Below are positions 63,659 through 64,000 of a DNA stretch of 64,000 nt, in pieces (positions within the stretch are counted from its first letter, which is position 1; the number at the start of each line of letters is the position of its first letter). The stretch is from Octopus sinensis (Eukaryota). The position numbers and the translations under genes are program-made. The stretch covers positions 138,074,001 to 138,138,000 of the forward strand of contig NC_043000.1 in assembly GCF_006345805.1 (NCBI RefSeq), written 5' to 3'. Below the pieces are notes generated by a model. The model was not told the origin of the DNA and ran no database searches. It saw only the letters and a list, made by a program, of their open reading frames with translations.

Positions 63659-63712
63659 ATTTGCCGAAATATTTTCATCGCTTTGAGACTATGACCTGTT
63701 TACTGACAAAAT
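63659..63712 (-). ncRNA. Second, decayed copy of the G3-C8 hammerhead-like motif, within repeat 63580-63720
   Basis: Aligns without gaps to 13039-13092; keeps G3, C8 and GAAA, but has G5A and CpG-decayed stem II. Confidence 0.45.
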
Positions 63713-64000
63713 TCCGTGCTGGAAATTAAACCAACCAGGACTACTACTGCACAAAAGCAAGTAATCAAAGAGCTGACAAACAAATGAAGTCACCAGAGTC
63801 AACTAACCAGAATACTGAATTGCTGCCAAAAGAAAATACGACACCAAAATATTCAAAAAATAAATGATGTACTCAAGCAATCAGCCAACCAGAATTCTGG
63901 GGCACAGGCAGACAAAATATGATAATGTCATTGAGTTAATAGCTAACAAGGAATTGAATTCATATCTTAAAAACTACAAATACAAAGCAATATCGGCTTG

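Overview
AT-rich, microsatellite-dense animal genomic DNA. Its SINE, RTE and Helitron repertoire is most consistent with an octopus (coleoid cephalopod) genome; this is inferred from repeat style, not from a search. No complete host gene could be assembled. Most of the window is nested transposable elements: four tRNA-derived SINE families, a decayed RTE LINE and its short 3' copies, BovB-like, CR1 and Penelope retroelement remnants, Tc1, mariner, DD41D, pogo, hAT and piggyBac remnants or MITEs, and non-autonomous Helitrons. Five observations stand out. (1) There are three structurally different hammerhead-ribozyme motifs, including a repeat family whose two copies reconstruct a core with a G3-C8 swap of the canonical C3-G8 pair. 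(2) A candidate exon at 12323-12589 has cystatin/cathelin-like cysteine spacing. (3) Two decayed, unidentified coding paralogs sit tail-to-tail at 31.9-34.2 kb. (4) CpG content drops sharply near 41 kb, suggesting the right third is a methylated gene body. (5) One SINE forms recurrent multimers with fixed junctions, and a split foldback element surrounds the RTE. All coordinates, alignments and counts were done by hand and are approximate.
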